In this document: positions 16,161-17,512 of the stretch, one piece after another
How the letters are laid out: every line of letters begins with the position of its first letter
How positions within the stretch are numbered: position 1 is the stretch's first letter
Source: Fibrobacteria bacterium
Lineage (GTDB): Bacteria > Fibrobacterota > Fibrobacteria > UBA11236
Assembly (NCBI GenBank): GCA_041746255.1
Contig: JBGTHM010000006.1
Span: 1 to 17,512 of the forward strand
Reading direction: 5' to 3'
DNA length: 17,512 nucleotides
Position numbers and translations under genes: made by a program
Notes under the pieces: model-generated
Databases searched by the model: none
Told to the model about the DNA's origin: nothing
The model's input: the letters and a program-made list of their open reading frames with translations, nothing else

Positions 16161-16761
16161 GACAACTCCAAGGTAGATATAATAGTGGTAACGAATTCAA
16201 AGCATAGGTAAGTCGGGGACCCTTTCCCAACCATCCGAAACGGTTCAGTGGCCCAATCAAACCGTCTTCCCCTCGGCCCTTGCGACGGAAGGCCACCAGA
16301 TAACACTACCGCCATAACTCCAACGGCACACAACCCCTCCGGACCTGCGATGGGGAAAATGTTTTGTGCACTAGACAGTTTAAGCGGATCCGGGGCCGGC
16401 CTACGGAGTAGCGTTTTGCCTACTAAACGAAACGCAGAAATGGTTCATAAAATCCAACAAAATATCTCCCGATACCCTATATTAACAGGTAAAATGGCGG
16501 AAGTCGAATACGTCCGGCTTTACCTATCTTTATCTCATGCGGGAAGTATTTAAGTGAAACACGAAATACATCACAAATCTGGAAAGCCATGCTTGTCGCG
16601 ACCTTTACCGCGGGTAACGGCGCCTTCGCGATACCCGGCGAGTCGCCGAAATGTCGGCATCGGGTGAGAGAACATTAATCTGGCCTGGCAAGCTGGTAAA
16701 TGGGGTTGACCTGATTCAGGTTTCCTCTTGAGGTTACAATAAGTCATTCCGTGAAGACCAT

Positions 16762-16799
16762 TTTTCAAAATTATTTATTTGCATTAAATATTTTGAAAA
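16762..16799. promoter_or_regulatory. AT-rich inverted repeat directly upstream of the last gene's RBS
   Basis: TTTTCAAAA-T-TATTTA-(TTTGCAT)-TAAATA-TTTTGAAAA: 15 paired positions with one bulge. AAGGA follows at 16806. Confidence 0.4.
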
Positions 16800-16817
16800 C
16801 AAATTAAGGAATTTCAA

Positions 16818-17512
16818 GTGGGTAATATGCCAAAAAGCCAGGTGCAGGATACGGATAAATACTCTCTCATAAAATATCCCTTCAGGTTCTTATCTGCATT
16901 GGTTGTTTTCTTGTGGCAGATACTTCTTATCCCTGACATTAGGGCCGACGTTGATGTATCCGTTTCGGGGCGGTTAGTGAACGAAAATCGTTTACCCCTC
17001 GGACAATGTGCAGTTTCGCTTTCCAAGGCCAAATTGAATTTGGTGACAAGTTCTGATGGGCGCTTCAGCTTGGCGGGAGTAACGTCTATCAACCAACAAT
17101 CACCTGCACCTAGAGAAATACTTAGACTTAAAAATGGGATCCTTAATTTTTCCATCACGGAAAAACAATCTCCCGTTAAAATTGAAACCTACAACCTACA
17201 TGGCCAATTAACCTATAATTCCGGCAATAAATTGTTCTCCCAAGGAGAACAAACCATAGAACTTTCCAGAGAACTGGTCGGAAGCAACCCATTAAACATT
17301 ACTCTGATAAGATTGACTATTGCCCATAGGGTTTACTTGTTCAAGTCCATTCAGGTTGATGAATCAGGCTTATTTGCCGACCCGGTCATTCAACCTATGG
17401 CACTTCCCCTTAACAAGTCGGCAGTCCCGTATTATGACACATTGAGGGTTGCCTGCCCTGGACAAGTAGAGCGAAAATTCGTCACTAATAATAACATCAT
17501 GGAGTTCGGGGA
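16818..17512 (+). CDS. Secreted protein with a split carboxypeptidase-regulatory-like domain and internal sorting-like insert; 3'-truncated by the window edge and absent from the ORF track
   Basis: Translated by hand from GTG 16818 (AAGGA 7 nt upstream; alternative ATG 16827) with no stop to the window end: ...FLSALVVFLWQILL...VSVSGRLVNE..PLGQCAVSL...TSSDGRFSLAGVTSI...IETYNLHGQL...PLNKSAVPYYDTLRVACPG. Confidence 0.75.
   Translation, partial: MGNMPKSQVQDTDKYSLIKYPFRFLSALVVFLWQILLIPDIRADVDVSVSGRLVNENRLPLGQCAVSLSKAKLNLVTSSDGRFSLAGVTSINQQSPAPREILRLKNGILNFSITEKQSPVKIETYNLHGQLTYNSGNKLFSQGEQTIELSRELVGSNPLNITLIRLTIAHRVYLFKSIQVDESGLFADPVIQPMALPLNKSAVPYYDTLRVACPGQVERKFVTNNNIMEFG

Noticed and set aside
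16215..16275. Cobalamin riboswitch on the - strand (GGGGAA...GCCACTG...GGGAA)
   Set aside because: The stem after GGGAA does not pair, the CCCGC-ACTGT and AG-CAG-AGACC elements are missing, and the downstream gene is unrelated to B12.
16385..16422. c-di-GMP-I riboswitch suggested by CCGGCCTA...GTAGCG...TTGCC
   Set aside because: The 5' half (GGCAAA, GNRA stem, GACGCAAAG) is absent.
16248..16768. Small ORFs in the divergent spacer (16248..16553 +, 16571..16768 -)
   Set aside because: No convincing RBS, motif or protein-like composition; treated as non-coding.

Overview
Bacterial DNA, probably from a non-Bacteroidota FCB-group organism such as Fibrobacterota (inference). The window is an uninterrupted array of 13 genes for apparently secreted, carbohydrate-related proteins: 12 on the + strand (the first and last run off the window) and 1 on the - strand. 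All 12 visible N-termini look like Sec signal peptides. Each protein also carries a T9SS/Por-type sorting-like module, C-terminal in 10 and inserted internally in 3. Contents: three recently duplicated, mosaic alginate-lyase-family ((alpha/alpha) toroid) paralogs; four proteins whose main recognisable domain is a CBM/GH115-C-terminal-like beta-sandwich; a ThuA-like protein; a divergent PQQ glucose/sorbosone-dehydrogenase-like propeller; a DUF5060/GH-A-like hydrolase; a nucleoside-hydrolase-like protein; and a secreted sugar-phosphate-isomerase TIM barrel. No transporter, regulator, mobile element, CRISPR, rRNA or tRNA was seen. A 25-bp inverted-repeat motif recurs in two intergenic regions, with a degenerate third copy. 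All family calls come from motif recognition by eye, not from database searches.
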